Made by a program: the position numbers and the translations under genes | Virus record (IMG/VR): IMGVR_UViG_3300047678_000276 | Span: 1-64,000 of that record | DNA from: a virus | Direction: 5' to 3' (one strand) | Length of the DNA: 64,000 bases | Shown: piece after piece, positions 37,402-46,787 of the stretch | How the letters are laid out: each line of letters begins with the position of its first letter | Position numbering within the stretch: position 1 is the first letter of the stretch | The notes under the pieces: generated by a model | The model's database searches: none | The model's input: only the letters and a program-made list of their open reading frames with translations | Told to the model about the DNA's origin: nothing

Positions 37402-37720
37402 AAAAACCCCTCATGGACTTTTATCGTCTACCAAAGGGGTTTTTATTATCTAGTTATCTTTATGTGATTAATAAGTAAAGAACTTATTTAGGGATTGTCT
37501 CTTGCTCTGTTCATATCCGAGTTATTAGCGGGTAATTTAATTTTTTTAATTGTTGTCACCTTTAGGAAGTATGTTTAGTGCCGTCTCTAATTCTGTTCAT
37601 ATAATATCTTTTTAGGCGTTTTTAATTAATTTACTTGTCAGTGGACAGTTTGTCTTGGGTGATGGCCACACCCTTAAATGTTACTTCTTCATGATTTCCA
37701 GGTTTTCGTTTGTTTGTTGC
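37402..37720 (-). other. transcription unit with only micro-ORFs (MNRIRDGTKHTS*, MNRARDNP*) ending in a terminator
   Basis: class I promoter at about 37727-37752; AAAACCCC/GGGGTTTT terminator at 37402-37444. Confidence 0.55.
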
Positions 37721-37760
37721 ATTAAGATAGAACGTTATTTGGCCAAACTTAAAAACTTTT

Positions 37761-38177
37761 TTAATCTCTTTGACACATTTCTTTTGTCAGCAACTTTAAC
37801 TTGCCTCCGTGGTCGCTTACATACCATTTCTTTTCATCTTCTTTGTATATGTAATCAAATTCCTCGCCCATATTAGAAGGAAGTTTATTTTTAAAAGACT
37901 TTGCCTCAATGCCAGTTTCTCCCCTGTCTCTACCATAAGCATTTACAACACCTTTAATAGGATTGTCGAATGTATGTCCATCTCCTTTTTTTGGAGCCAC
38001 GTTTGGAGCTAAAGAACTAATATCGCCCACTGCAATAAGTTTCTTTATTTTTGCTGCAGTCTTATAATGTTCCAATAAGATTGTGCCGTTATTTGAAGGA
38101 TAGCCATCCCAGTGGCAATAAATTCTTTTGCCATTTCCTTCTTTGTCAATTATTGATATTGTACTTCTTGTTGCCAT
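37761..38177 (-). CDS. conserved phage protein (MATRS...IYCHWDGYP...YGRDRGE)
   Basis: family motifs; own promoter. Confidence 0.85.
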   Translation of the reverse strand: MATRSTISIIDKEGNGKRIYCHWDGYPSNNGTILLEHYKTAAKIKKLIAVGDISSLAPNVAPKKGDGHTFDNPIKGVVNAYGRDRGETGIEAKSFKNKLPSNMGEEFDYIYKEDEKKWYVSDHGGKLKLLTKEMCQRD

Positions 38178-38228
38178 GTTTTGTTTATTTAAATGAATAG
38201 AAAGGTTTATAGATAGAACTTAAAAAGA

Positions 38229-38486
38229 TTATCGTCTTTTGTGAATATAATCCGAACTCTTATCATCCAAATAGCGATTAACTTCTTGGTGCAAAATTTC
38301 AGTATCATTGATTTCTTCAATTTTATAATACAACGCATGGTCATATTTGAATAGCTCGTCAATACCTATGCTATGGTCGCCTCCTTTAAATACAGAGCCA
38401 CTCATAAATTCCTCATCAGGAGTTTGTTTCCTTGACTCAAAGAATTTGTCAAGCAGTTTCTTTTGTTTTGAAGTTAATTGTCTCAT
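38229..38486 (-). CDS. hypothetical protein (predicted leaderless)
   Basis: ATG 6 nt after TCTAT. Confidence 0.75.
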   Translation of the reverse strand: MRQLTSKQKKLLDKFFESRKQTPDEEFMSGSVFKGGDHSIGIDELFKYDHALYYKIEEINDTEILHQEVNRYLDDKSSDYIHKRR

Positions 38487-38524
38487 GTTGGTATAGATTG
38501 GTTTTTGATTGAAACTTAAAAAGA

Positions 38525-38809
38525 TTATGCAGCTTTTAACATTCCTCTAATGTCTCCACAAGGAAGTTCTTTAAAGGTTGGAGTTACTGCGTAATAACGA
38601 TATACAAACATTTTCTTCTTACTAGGTATCATTACTCTAATGCGAGTGATTAATTTCTTTTCCATAGCAACCGAAAGAAGTGCATTATGACTTTTCTTTC
38701 TTTGTTGGTGCCAACATTCTCTAGCAATTTCGTATTCAGACTTGTGAGGATTTGCGATAATGAATTTAACCAAATCCTTTACACTATTTCTTTGTGGTTT
38801 GTTTCTCAT
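38525..38809 (-). CDS. winged-helix-like basic protein (predicted leaderless)
   Basis: FI-x-x-NP-x-x-SE-x-EIA helix pattern; ATG 6 nt after TCTAT. Confidence 0.7.
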   Translation of the reverse strand: MRNKPQRNSVKDLVKFIIANPHKSEYEIARECWHQQRKKSHNALLSVAMEKKLITRIRVMIPSKKKMFVYRYYAVTPTFKELPCGDIRGMLKAA

Positions 38810-38877
38810 ATTGGAATAGAATAAGATCCAGGATAAACTTAAAAAGAAAAAAGGGGAATTTTATTTCCCCTCTTTAT

Positions 38878-39555
38878 TTAACTTTCAGCTACAAGCAACT
38901 TTTTATATTCTTTTTCAGTCAGGTGTCGTGGAGTTTCCAACATTTTTTCTTTCATATCTTTTGGCTTAACAAGTACACAGTCCCCTTGTCTTAAAATTTT
39001 CTCAATGTTCCCCTCTGCAACTGTTGTTTGAATTGTCCAAGCAATACATTGAATTGCGTTGATTGTTTTAATGTCAACGTGCCATCTTGAACCTCCATTT
39101 GTTTCAGAAACTCTTTTTATGTCAACCCAAATAAGGTATTCTCTTTTTGTTGAGGTATCTTTACATTTTACGAAGTGGCAATTTTCCATTTTTTGGTGGC
39201 TTTGTAAGCCTTGACTGAAATATGCACCCTCAACTTCAAAAAGTTCATAAGTATCATTAAATTTACTTACAACAACCTTGCCTTCCTTATCAATATAAGT
39301 TGTTGTCTTTTTGATTGTTTGTTTATCAATCAACTTTGGCTTAACTTCTTTTATTAATCTTTCAATTCCCAAACAAAGAATACCAACTCGTCTTTGTTCC
39401 AAATTTTCCATCTTTGCGATTTCTTTGAAAGTTAATGGCTTAATGTTGTTCCACTCACCTTTCAATTCTTTAAAAGGACAAACTTCATTTTTTAATTTTA
39501 GAAGTCTGCAACCTAAGTCATAAGGAAATTCTGTATTTTCAATTACTATTTTCAT
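38878..39555 (-). CDS. DUF6745-like protein
   Basis: N-x-EQRRV...GIE...VKCKDTST-x-REYLIWV...AI-x-x-IAWT...RQGD. Confidence 0.75.
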   Translation of the reverse strand: MKIVIENTEFPYDLGCRLLKLKNEVCPFKELKGEWNNIKPLTFKEIAKMENLEQRRVGILCLGIERLIKEVKPKLIDKQTIKKTTTYIDKEGKVVVSKFNDTYELFEVEGAYFSQGLQSHQKMENCHFVKCKDTSTKREYLIWVDIKRVSETNGGSRWHVDIKTINAIQCIAWTIQTTVAEGNIEKILRQGDCVLVKPKDMKEKMLETPRHLTEKEYKKLLVAES

Positions 39556-39623
39556 TTGTTTTGGTTTATAAGTTTATAGAAATAAAAGAGAGAGAAACTT
39601 AAAACTTCTCTCCCTTAAAATGT

Positions 39624-40289
39624 TTAATCACTATCTTTAAATTCTGTATAGCTATTTCTTATTGATATTTTCAAAGAATTTCCTTTGATTGTTAAAACAT
39701 CTCCTTCTTCGTTTGTTGTGTATGTAAACCATTCTTCCATCTCCCCATCTTCATTCTCCAACTCAGGAGTGAACTCAGAAGTTTCTTTTTCTATTTTTGC
39801 TTTGATTTCTTCTAACAGAGTTTCTTGTTCATCTGTCATAATAAAATCTCTGCTAAAATTCACAACAACATCACTACCCTCACCTCCATTGATATTCAAC
39901 ACATTCTCCTTAATGAATTTAACCATTTTAGGGGAGAGTTCAACTTCCATTTCGCTTGTTTGAGTTTCGCTATATTCACTTTGAGCAGTTTTAGAATACT
40001 CAAAATTTTCTTCTTCCTCGTCTAAGGTTATTTCAACCGTTCCACTTTCTCCTTGATAGTGTCCATCAGAGTTTACATAAAATTCAACGTGGTCATAGAC
40101 TGCATTATCAAAGTAGGTTGTCAATTCCTCACTTTCAACTTCTTCTCCATCTTTGTCAAAGAAAGTAAAAGAGGTATTCCCCATACTATCTCCGCCACAG
40201 TCAAATTCCAATGTAGATGAAACTATGCCGAGTTTTTTCCAAATTTTTATTGCGTTTTCCATTTTATTTTTTAGTGTTAAGTTTTTCAA
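39624..40289 (-). CDS. DUF6878-like acidic protein
   Basis: F-x-x-GGDS-x-G...G-x-x-G-x-V; adjacent to DUF6915-like gene. Confidence 0.65.
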   Translation of the reverse strand: MKNLTLKNKMENAIKIWKKLGIVSSTLEFDCGGDSMGNTSFTFFDKDGEEVESEELTTYFDNAVYDHVEFYVNSDGHYQGESGTVEITLDEEEENFEYSKTAQSEYSETQTSEMEVELSPKMVKFIKENVLNINGGEGSDVVVNFSRDFIMTDEQETLLEEIKAKIEKETSEFTPELENEDGEMEEWFTYTTNEEGDVLTIKGNSLKISIRNSYTEFKDSD

Positions 40290-40665
40290 TAAGTTCTTCT
40301 GCTACTTTTGTTGCCTCAGGATTTTCAACATCCTTTACCCCATTACACATCCAAGCCTGAACTTGCATATGTTTTAAATAATCTTGTGGTGTTGGCACAA
40401 ACTTCATTCTAAAGTCCTCTGCAACGTGCAACATAGCAATATCAACCGTATCCACTGACCTGCCATCAGAGTTTGTAATGTTATATCCAAATATCTTTGG
40501 AATAATTGAATAACAGAACCAAGTGTTGTGAGTAAGTGTACGAGAAGTGTTGTTGTTCATAGATGCCTTTGGGCTATCTATTAATTCGTGGATTGCTAAA
40601 TAATCTTCAACTTTGCCACCCCAGCGTTTTACGCTTGATTTTGAATGTATTAGTGGATTTGCCAT
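40264..40665 (-). CDS. DUF6915-like protein
   Basis: MANP-x-x-HS-x-SS-x-x-RWGG-x-x-EDY-x-x-IH...H...HV-x-ED. Confidence 0.8.
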   Translation of the reverse strand: MANPLIHSKSSVKRWGGKVEDYLAIHELIDSPKASMNNNTSRTLTHNTWFCYSIIPKIFGYNITNSDGRSVDTVDIAMLHVAEDFRMKFVPTPQDYLKHMQVQAWMCNGVKDVENPEATKVAEELIEKLNTKK

Positions 40666-40738
40666 TTGGTTTTAGTTTGTTGGTTTATATGAGTATAGAA
40701 CAAAAAAAAGAGGAACTTAAAAAATTCCCCTTAAAATT

Positions 40739-40999
40739 TTAATCCCAAACTTGAGATATAGTTTGCTTAAATGGATTGTATTCCACTTGTCTACCCATAA
40801 CCCATTCGCCCTTATCCACTTTTAAAGCGTTGTGTTCGCCAAATGAACCATCAGGTTGTTCGTGTTTTAAAACAGTTTCTTTTAGCACTATAACTTCTGC
40901 AAAGTCAGGTTGCTTATCTTCCATCTTAAATTCTCCATACAAAGTATGTTGGTTTGCACCACTTCCTTTAAGAATGATTTTATTATTGCTTTTTTTCAT
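40739..40999 (-). CDS. conserved His-motif phage protein, paralog of 4333-4701
   Basis: H...LKHE...EH...Q-x-EYNPF...V-x-D. Confidence 0.78.
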   Translation of the reverse strand: MKKSNNKIILKGSGANQHTLYGEFKMEDKQPDFAEVIVLKETVLKHEQPDGSFGEHNALKVDKGEWVMGRQVEYNPFKQTISQVWD

Positions 41000-41041
41000 A
41001 TGTTTATTTTTATAGAAATTTATTTAAGGAGAACTTAAAAA

Positions 41042-41209
41042 TTAAACTTTATCGTATTTAATCGCACAGCCATTCATCCCATCAATCATCCCAGATAGCT
41101 CTACGCCATCTATAAAGGCATCAGCTTCTTGTTTTGTGGCAAATGAACGTACTTTTTTTGTCTTTAACGAATCTTCGAAGTGAAGTGTTACTTTGTGTGG
41201 CTTTTTCAT
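41042..41209 (-). CDS. small hypothetical protein (start corrected, predicted leaderless)
   Basis: ATG 6 nt after TCTAT. Confidence 0.7.
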   Translation of the reverse strand: MKKPHKVTLHFEDSLKTKKVRSFATKQEADAFIDGVELSGMIDGMNGCAIKYDKV

Positions 41210-41222
41210 ATTTGAATAGAAA

Positions 41223-41480
41223 TTATTTTTCTTGTAACTTAAAAGATTTATTCTGAATTTGCAGTTTTTCTTCTTTGGTTGGTCGATAATATACCTCAAA
41301 GTCATCCTTTAAAAATGTGTTTACACAAGGAATAGAAAGTTTTTGATGAATCTCCATAACATCCATACGATTATGATTGTCATCAGGAGTTTTATCCACC
41401 ACAAGAAAGATTTGATCTTTCTCATAATCTGCCATTGGTGTATGGAATTTTACAAAATCCAGGTGTTTAAATTTGCTCAT
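41223..41480 (-). CDS. hypothetical protein (start corrected)
   Basis: promoter plus AACCAACC leader. Confidence 0.72.
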   Translation of the reverse strand: MSKFKHLDFVKFHTPMADYEKDQIFLVVDKTPDDNHNRMDVMEIHQKLSIPCVNTFLKDDFEVYYRPTKEEKLQIQNKSFKLQEK

Positions 41481-41524
41481 GGTTGGTTGGTTTATATGAG
41501 AATAGAAAGAAAACAAGGGAGAAC

Positions 41525-41854
41525 TTAAAAATCGTCCTCCGTAAATAATTCTTTTTTGCCACCATCTTTTGTGATAGAGAAACACTCCCCGTGCAAACTG
41601 TTTTTATCAAGGTAGTTCTCAATATATTCTTGTAATTCAGGATAAATTTTTTTCTTGTCCTTTACCTCAATAGTAAAATTTTCCTCAATTAAACCGTAAT
41701 TGTGTTGGTCAGGTTCTCCTTCATATTCCACCCCTTCAACAGTGATTATCCTATTGTTTTTAGCGTATGTTTTATAGAACTTTTCAAGAGTGCCGAACTC
41801 ACTGCAAGTGATTGCTATTTTTAATTCGATTTTTGTTTTTGCTTTCGTTTTCAT
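41525..41854 (-). CDS. hypothetical protein (predicted leaderless)
   Basis: ATG 6 nt after TCTAT; stop in next motif. Confidence 0.75.
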   Translation of the reverse strand: MKTKAKTKIELKIAITCSEFGTLEKFYKTYAKNNRIITVEGVEYEGEPDQHNYGLIEENFTIEVKDKKKIYPELQEYIENYLDKNSLHGECFSITKDGGKKELFTEDDF

Positions 41855-41889
41855 GTTGATATAGAATGTTTATTTATGAAACTTAAAAA

Positions 41890-42247
41890 TTAATCAACAA
41901 CGCCACCACCATAATACAAATTAAAACTCTTTGCCTTATAGTCATCTGAATTTAGCCAAGCATTATATTTGATTTCCCAATTGTGTTTTTTATCATAGAC
42001 AAATTTATAATACGAGCCATTACAATAGCGTAAAGAATTATTTAGTTTATAGAATATCTCAAACAATTCTATTTCAGTATCAGCTTGAATAAGTTCTTGT
42101 CTTACAATTTCAGAAGTTTGGTCTTGGTAATATCCACCACCCGATAAATACTTTCCGTTCGCATCATATTTTATTGGATATTGCTTTGTTTTGCGTAAGC
42201 AGTCCCAGTAATCTAAAATCGCTTTTAATGGTTTTTTTTGTTGGCAT
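41890..42247 (-). pseudogene. hypothetical gene frameshifted in an A8 run
   Basis: leaderless ATG at 42247 is out of frame with the long ORF by one base in the run at 42232-42239. Confidence 0.55.
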
Positions 42248-42292
42248 ACTATAATAGAAACAAACATTGAGCAAACTTAAAAGAAAAAGTTT

Positions 42293-42326
42293 TTAAGTTC
42301 TGATCTGAAATGTTCTATTGGTTAGC
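42293..42326 (+). repeat. inverted variant class I motif
   Basis: TTAAGTT-N14-TCTAT-TGGTTA-GC. Confidence 0.78.
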
Positions 42327-42432
42327 ACTTAGAACGGATCTCCAGAAAAAAAGAAAGGCGATGAGAATTAACCCACCGCCATTTAAAGACGGGAACCACC
42401 CACGTCTTATTGATAAACCAACCTAGAAAACT

Positions 42433-42609
42433 TTAATCTTTTTTGCGAAGTGCTAATGCCTCCGTGTATTTTTTGAGGTAATCTTCATATAATCCCTCGT
42501 TAATGCCTTTTAAACGATTTAAATGAGGTGCAATGTCTTTTGGTTCTTTCGTTCCGTTTTTAATCCCCATTATTCCGCCTGTGATTTTTTTGATTAGTTG
42601 CTCTTGCAT
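42433..42609 (-). CDS. 58-aa protein (not in ORF track)
   Basis: MQEQLIKKITGG...; own promoter. Confidence 0.65.
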   Translation of the reverse strand: MQEQLIKKITGGIMGIKNGTKEPKDIAPHLNRLKGINEGLYEDYLKKYTEALALRKKD

Positions 42610-42684
42610 AGTGTTTTGGTTTATTTGGTTTATATGGTTATAGAAATAAAAGGGAGAGAAACTTAAAAATCTCTCCCCAATTCT

Positions 42685-43014
42685 TTAATCTTCTTCTTCA
42701 ACGTGAACTCCACGTTCTGTCCAAGGATTTTCAGTTACAATGTAACCAATCCGATTAACAAACCAGCACCCAGTTTGAATAACCAAGTCGCCATCGCAAT
42801 CCACAACAGTCCACACAAGATTTTCTTTGCCTTCTTTACAAAGTGAACGTATGTATTCCACGTCCTCTCCATAAGTTTCGTACATCGTACCTCCATAAGA
42901 TGCCACGTCCTCGTCATCAACGCTCTTTGGCTGCTTTTTTCTCTCAATGTGATTGATAACTGGCTTATACTTGTCGTAAAAGTCCTCTTCTGAAATTGGT
43001 TTATATTCGCTCAT
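42685..43014 (-). CDS. conserved hypothetical protein (ETYGED...WT...G-x-x-FVNRIGY)
   Basis: own promoter. Confidence 0.8.
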   Translation of the reverse strand: MSEYKPISEEDFYDKYKPVINHIERKKQPKSVDDEDVASYGGTMYETYGEDVEYIRSLCKEGKENLVWTVVDCDGDLVIQTGCWFVNRIGYIVTENPWTERGVHVEEED

Positions 43015-43058
43015 AAGTTGTTTGGTTTATATGAGTATAGAAAGAAAATGATTAGAAC

Positions 43059-43430
43059 TTAAAAAATATGATTGAACTTTTTTGGCTCAGGTTTAGGTTC
43101 AGACATTTGTGGCATTGCGCAACCTTGTGGCGCAGGCTCACCTTTTATTTCTTTATTCTCTAAAGAATTTAAAAAATGAACCAAGTATTCATTGTTAAGT
43201 GTGTGTCTAACAGTTTCAATTTCACCTTGTTTATTTACAAAGTTAGCTCCCACAACATACATTGGATTTCCAGGTGTGTCAGTGATTGAAATAATGCCAA
43301 TGAATTTGTTTGTTGAAAGTTCAAAAGTTAATCCTAAAAAACTTTCATAGGCACTTTCTATCATCCAATTTTTTGTTACATCCACATTTTTTTTGAACTC
43401 CTCGATTATTGATTGAATTAGTATTTTCAT
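43059..43430 (-). CDS. hypothetical protein
   Basis: own promoter; stop in next motif. Confidence 0.75.
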   Translation of the reverse strand: MKILIQSIIEEFKKNVDVTKNWMIESAYESFLGLTFELSTNKFIGIISITDTPGNPMYVVGANFVNKQGEIETVRHTLNNEYLVHFLNSLENKEIKGEPAPQGCAMPQMSEPKPEPKKFNHIF

Positions 43431-43483
43431 GATTGGTTTGGTTTATATAAGAATAGAATAAAATCCAGATAAAACTTAAAACT

Positions 43484-43774
43484 TTAATTTAAAACTTCAG
43501 AAAATATATATGCAGCAGTGTATAATTCTATGCAATGATTAACTTCTTCAAGTTCATTATTGAACTTTGTTTGCATAAACTTTTTGTTTTTTTGAAGTCT
43601 GTTATAAATTTCAATCAATATATTGTCAGGTTTCAAAGTTCTTTGTAAAAGCAATTGATAACTTTCGTCAAATAAGCCTTGCATAAAATCAATGTTTGTG
43701 ATCTTGCCATCTGTTTTCTCTATTAAAACATATCTGTCATAACCTTTGATAGCCGTTATTTGTAATTCTTTCAT
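43484..43774 (-). CDS. hypothetical protein
   Basis: own promoter. Confidence 0.75.
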   Translation of the reverse strand: MKELQITAIKGYDRYVLIEKTDGKITNIDFMQGLFDESYQLLLQRTLKPDNILIEIYNRLQKNKKFMQTKFNNELEEVNHCIELYTAAYIFSEVLN

Positions 43775-43816
43775 GATTGGTTGGTTTATATGATTATAGA
43801 ATAACTAATAAGAAAC

Positions 43817-44047
43817 TTAATAAATAAAATCTTTAAGATGATTTACTGATTTAAGATGATTTACCAATTCTTGTTTTTCGTTTGGTGTTAGAGGAGAACC
43901 TGATATCCAAAAGTTTGGATACATACCCATGGCATCTATAGGAAGTCCGTGTTTAGAGTTTTCTTTTTCGAAAAGAAGTAAGGCCGCACCATGACTCCTG
44001 TCTAACCACAATTCATATCCGCCTAAGGTAATTTTTTCTCTGATCAT
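43817..44047 (-). CDS. hypothetical protein (predicted leaderless)
   Basis: ATG 6 nt after TCTAT; stop in next motif. Confidence 0.72.
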   Translation of the reverse strand: MIREKITLGGYELWLDRSHGAALLLFEKENSKHGLPIDAMGMYPNFWISGSPLTPNEKQELVNHLKSVNHLKDFIY

Positions 44048-44076
44048 ATTAGAATAGATAAATTTATAGGGAGAAC

Positions 44077-44439
44077 TTAAAACTTTCTCCTCTTTTTTCC
44101 TTTAGCAAATTTCTCATACCATTGCTTATTCATATCATCCCTCTTAATATGAATCTCAGGGAGATGTTCATGGTAGTTTCTAATTGGAATTGGTGGAGGT
44201 GCAAACATCTCCTTATTCTTTTGAATGATTTTATCCTGATTAATTTTATCTTGGTCAGCTTGTGGCAAATCCCCCATGCCGATAATCATTATCTCATGTT
44301 TTTTGCTCATTCTCGCAATTAATTCAGCGTGCTTTAAACCCGCCCCTTCATCTTCGATAATAATGAGCTTAATGCCTTTTTTGTCAGTTTCCTCTATAAG
44401 CTCGCTAAGAGATTTTCCTGAGGGGTTTGTGTTTTCCAT
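44077..44439 (-). CDS. hypothetical protein
   Basis: stop in next motif. Confidence 0.72.
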   Translation of the reverse strand: MENTNPSGKSLSELIEETDKKGIKLIIIEDEGAGLKHAELIARMSKKHEIMIIGMGDLPQADQDKINQDKIIQKNKEMFAPPPIPIRNYHEHLPEIHIKRDDMNKQWYEKFAKGKKRRKF

Positions 44440-44873
44440 ATTTTTACGTTTTCAAATTTATAATGTTTTGTACCTTTATCTTCTAAAAAATCAATCCTAT
44501 TCTTAAATCGCTTATTCATTGTATCAACAACTTTATAAACCCCATCCTTATGCCCCGCTCCTGAAATTTGAACTATGTCCCCATAATGAAACTCTCCGCC
44601 CCACCGTGCAATCATATCTCTACTCATTGCAATCCACTTCTGTTCACTTGCCTTTCCAGGAATGATCTTGTACATTCCAGCAGTAACCAAAGGGTCAGAA
44701 TCACATTGAGATGACACAGGGTAATACATTGTGGCTGTTACCTCATAAGTGTTCACCTTTTTAACTTCAGTGTTTGTACGCTTGAATATGAATGTTTTGA
44801 AGGTGTTGTGAGTTAGCTCATTTATGAAAAGTGATAGAGCTATGATGACTAAGGTGATTTTAATTTTTCTCAT
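44394..44873 (-). CDS. 3D-domain (MltA/RlpA-like double-psi barrel) protein with N-terminal anchor
   Basis: VTATMY...TA...IAMSRD...GD-x-V...V-x-DTM...RIDF. Confidence 0.82.
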   Translation of the reverse strand: MRKIKITLVIIALSLFINELTHNTFKTFIFKRTNTEVKKVNTYEVTATMYYPVSSQCDSDPLVTAGMYKIIPGKASEQKWIAMSRDMIARWGGEFHYGDIVQISGAGHKDGVYKVVDTMNKRFKNRIDFLEDKGTKHYKFENVKIWKTQTPQENLLASL

Positions 44874-44918
44874 TGGTTGGTTGGTTTATATGAGAATAGA
44901 AAGAAACGGAGGGAGAAC

Positions 44919-45251
44919 TTAAAAATCCCCCTCAGTTAAATGATTTTCTTTCATCAAGCGAATAAATGTTTTACGAGCATTTTTGATGTTTGAAGATACT
45001 ATACAATACTCATTTACCTTATAAACTTTCCACCCTTTAAACCTCTCCCCCATATCAGCATTGTGATTTACAATAGCAGTAGCAAGATTAAATAATCTAT
45101 CTGCCTTTAGCTTGTCCATCTCCTCAGGGGAGAGTTTTCTTGGCTCAGGCTCGTTATAACGTCGTTTTGGTGATGAATAGCTTGGCATAGAGTTTCCTCC
45201 CATCATCATAGCCATTGCCATCATCATATACATACTTCCTTTTAAACTCAT
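44919..45251 (-). CDS. hypothetical protein, Met-rich N-terminus
   Basis: own promoter; stop in next motif. Confidence 0.72.
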   Translation of the reverse strand: MSLKGSMYMMMAMAMMMGGNSMPSYSSPKRRYNEPEPRKLSPEEMDKLKADRLFNLATAIVNHNADMGERFKGWKVYKVNEYCIVSSNIKNARKTFIRLMKENHLTEGDF

Positions 45252-45281
45252 GTTGTTTGGTTTTTATAAATTAATAGAAAA

Positions 45282-45860
45282 TTATTTTTTAGAACTTAAA
45301 ACTTCATACTTAAATTTGTTTGCCTGAAATTTTACAAGATTACCAATTTCTCTGAATTCTCCGCTTATTTCAAAAACAGGCTTCCAAACATTTGTGCGAC
45401 TTGTCTTTTGAAAAGTATCATAAGAGATACCGCTTCTAAATTCTAATGGCTCACTTACTTTTATAACGTCCCCTTCTTTTACTTTTGGCTTTGAAGTTCT
45501 ATTGTTGATTTTCGCCCAACAACGCTCTCTCCAATTCTTTGCCCATGTAGTTGAACTATCGTCGTTATCAGGAAGAGGAGTTAATAATTCTAAAATTCTT
45601 TTTGGACATTCACTTTGAACAGGTCCAGCGAATTCACTCATATCCTTATACCCAAAATTATCCCATGTTCTGCTATAAGTAAGCATATAAACAAGTGCAA
45701 TAACTTCTCCTGTATCTTTCAAGCGAACTGCCATGTAAGCTGTCATTCGCTTTACAATAGCAATATCAAGCAATTCGTGGTTAGGTTCGTGTTTAAAAGC
45801 ATCTCTGAAATAATCAGAAGGTGAAATGTGTTTTGGTTTATTGAATGTTGTCCAGCCCAT
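45282..45860 (-). CDS. DUF6927-like protein
   Basis: MGWT...FGYKDM-x-E-x-x-GP...CP-x-RIL-x-LL...WRERC. Confidence 0.8.
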   Translation of the reverse strand: MGWTTFNKPKHISPSDYFRDAFKHEPNHELLDIAIVKRMTAYMAVRLKDTGEVIALVYMLTYSRTWDNFGYKDMSEFAGPVQSECPKRILELLTPLPDNDDSSTTWAKNWRERCWAKINNRTSKPKVKEGDVIKVSEPLEFRSGISYDTFQKTSRTNVWKPVFEISGEFREIGNLVKFQANKFKYEVLSSKK

Positions 45861-45915
45861 TGGTTTATTTGTTTAATTGGTTATCTATTGTAATAGAACT
45901 TATTTGAGATGAAAC

Positions 45916-46125
45916 TTAAAAACTTTTCAGCTTTTCATCAATCATTTTAATCCTTCGTTGATAGCTTTCAATATACCCTTGCATATCGTCCATCATAGCG
46001 AATTCAAGCCCCTCAACCGCAATCGCTCTCAATTGCTCATAAACTTCCTTATCTGTTGGAATTCTGCCAAGATCCTCAGTCATGTATCCTTTAACTTTAT
46101 CGAATCTTCTTTGTAAATCTTCCAT
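45916..46125 (-). CDS. hypothetical protein
   Basis: own promoter; stop in next motif. Confidence 0.72.
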   Translation of the reverse strand: MEDLQRRFDKVKGYMTEDLGRIPTDKEVYEQLRAIAVEGLEFAMMDDMQGYIESYQRRIKMIDEKLKSF

Positions 46126-46190
46126 ATTTTGGTTTGTTGGTTTCTATTGTAATAGAACGAAATAACACAGAACTTAAAAACAAAAACTTT

Positions 46191-46224
46191 TTAAGTTTGG
46201 GGCCGAAAGTTTCTATTGGTTAGC
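46191..46224 (+). repeat. inverted variant class I motif
   Basis: TTAAGTT-N14-TCTAT-TGGTTA-GC. Confidence 0.78.
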
Positions 46225-46287
46225 GATTTGGGATCACCAGGAAAAAAAAGATCAAAAAAAAGGGGGAAATTAATCCCCTTCAGTTTT

Positions 46288-46446
46288 TTAACCTTGTCTG
46301 TCAGCTTTACGACGCAATGTGCGTTTATCTCTGCCACTCATAACCAATTGTGGACAACGAACCACTGAAGGACGTAAGATTGGTAAACGTGTTGCTGATT
46401 CAATTACTGCGATAAAGATTGCTAATAAAATTACTAATGTTTTCAT
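46288..46446 (-). CDS. 52-aa membrane-anchored basic peptide (not in ORF track)
   Basis: MKTLVILLAIFIAVIES...RRKADRQG*; own promoter and terminator. Confidence 0.62.
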   Translation of the reverse strand: MKTLVILLAIFIAVIESATRLPILRPSVVRCPQLVMSGRDKRTLRRKADRQG

Positions 46447-46500
46447 GGTTTTGTTTGTTTTTATTGGTTTATATATGAATAGAACTTTTTTTGATGAAAC

Positions 46501-46785
46501 TTAAAAAATTCTTATTGTTTTTATTACTCTTTTGTCTGCACTTGCATTTATTATAAATGGTCGTTTTGAAGTCCATTCGCTAAATCCAAGTGTTGCTCTT
46601 TTAATGACCGCCCATAAAGGCACGTCCTCAACAAAAATCGTTTGTCTGTATATTGGTATCTTACCAAATAAAAGATAATCGAGATAAACAATGTTTTCAC
46701 AAAATTCTTCTTTATCCTCATATCCACGTACATAACGAAGATGAGTAACTAATTTGCCACAAAGGCGCTTTTTTAATAATATCAT
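46501..46785 (-). CDS. hypothetical protein
   Basis: stop in next motif. Confidence 0.68.
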   Translation of the reverse strand: MILLKKRLCGKLVTHLRYVRGYEDKEEFCENIVYLDYLLFGKIPIYRQTIFVEDVPLWAVIKRATLGFSEWTSKRPFIINASADKRVIKTIRIF

Positions 46786-46787
46786 AA

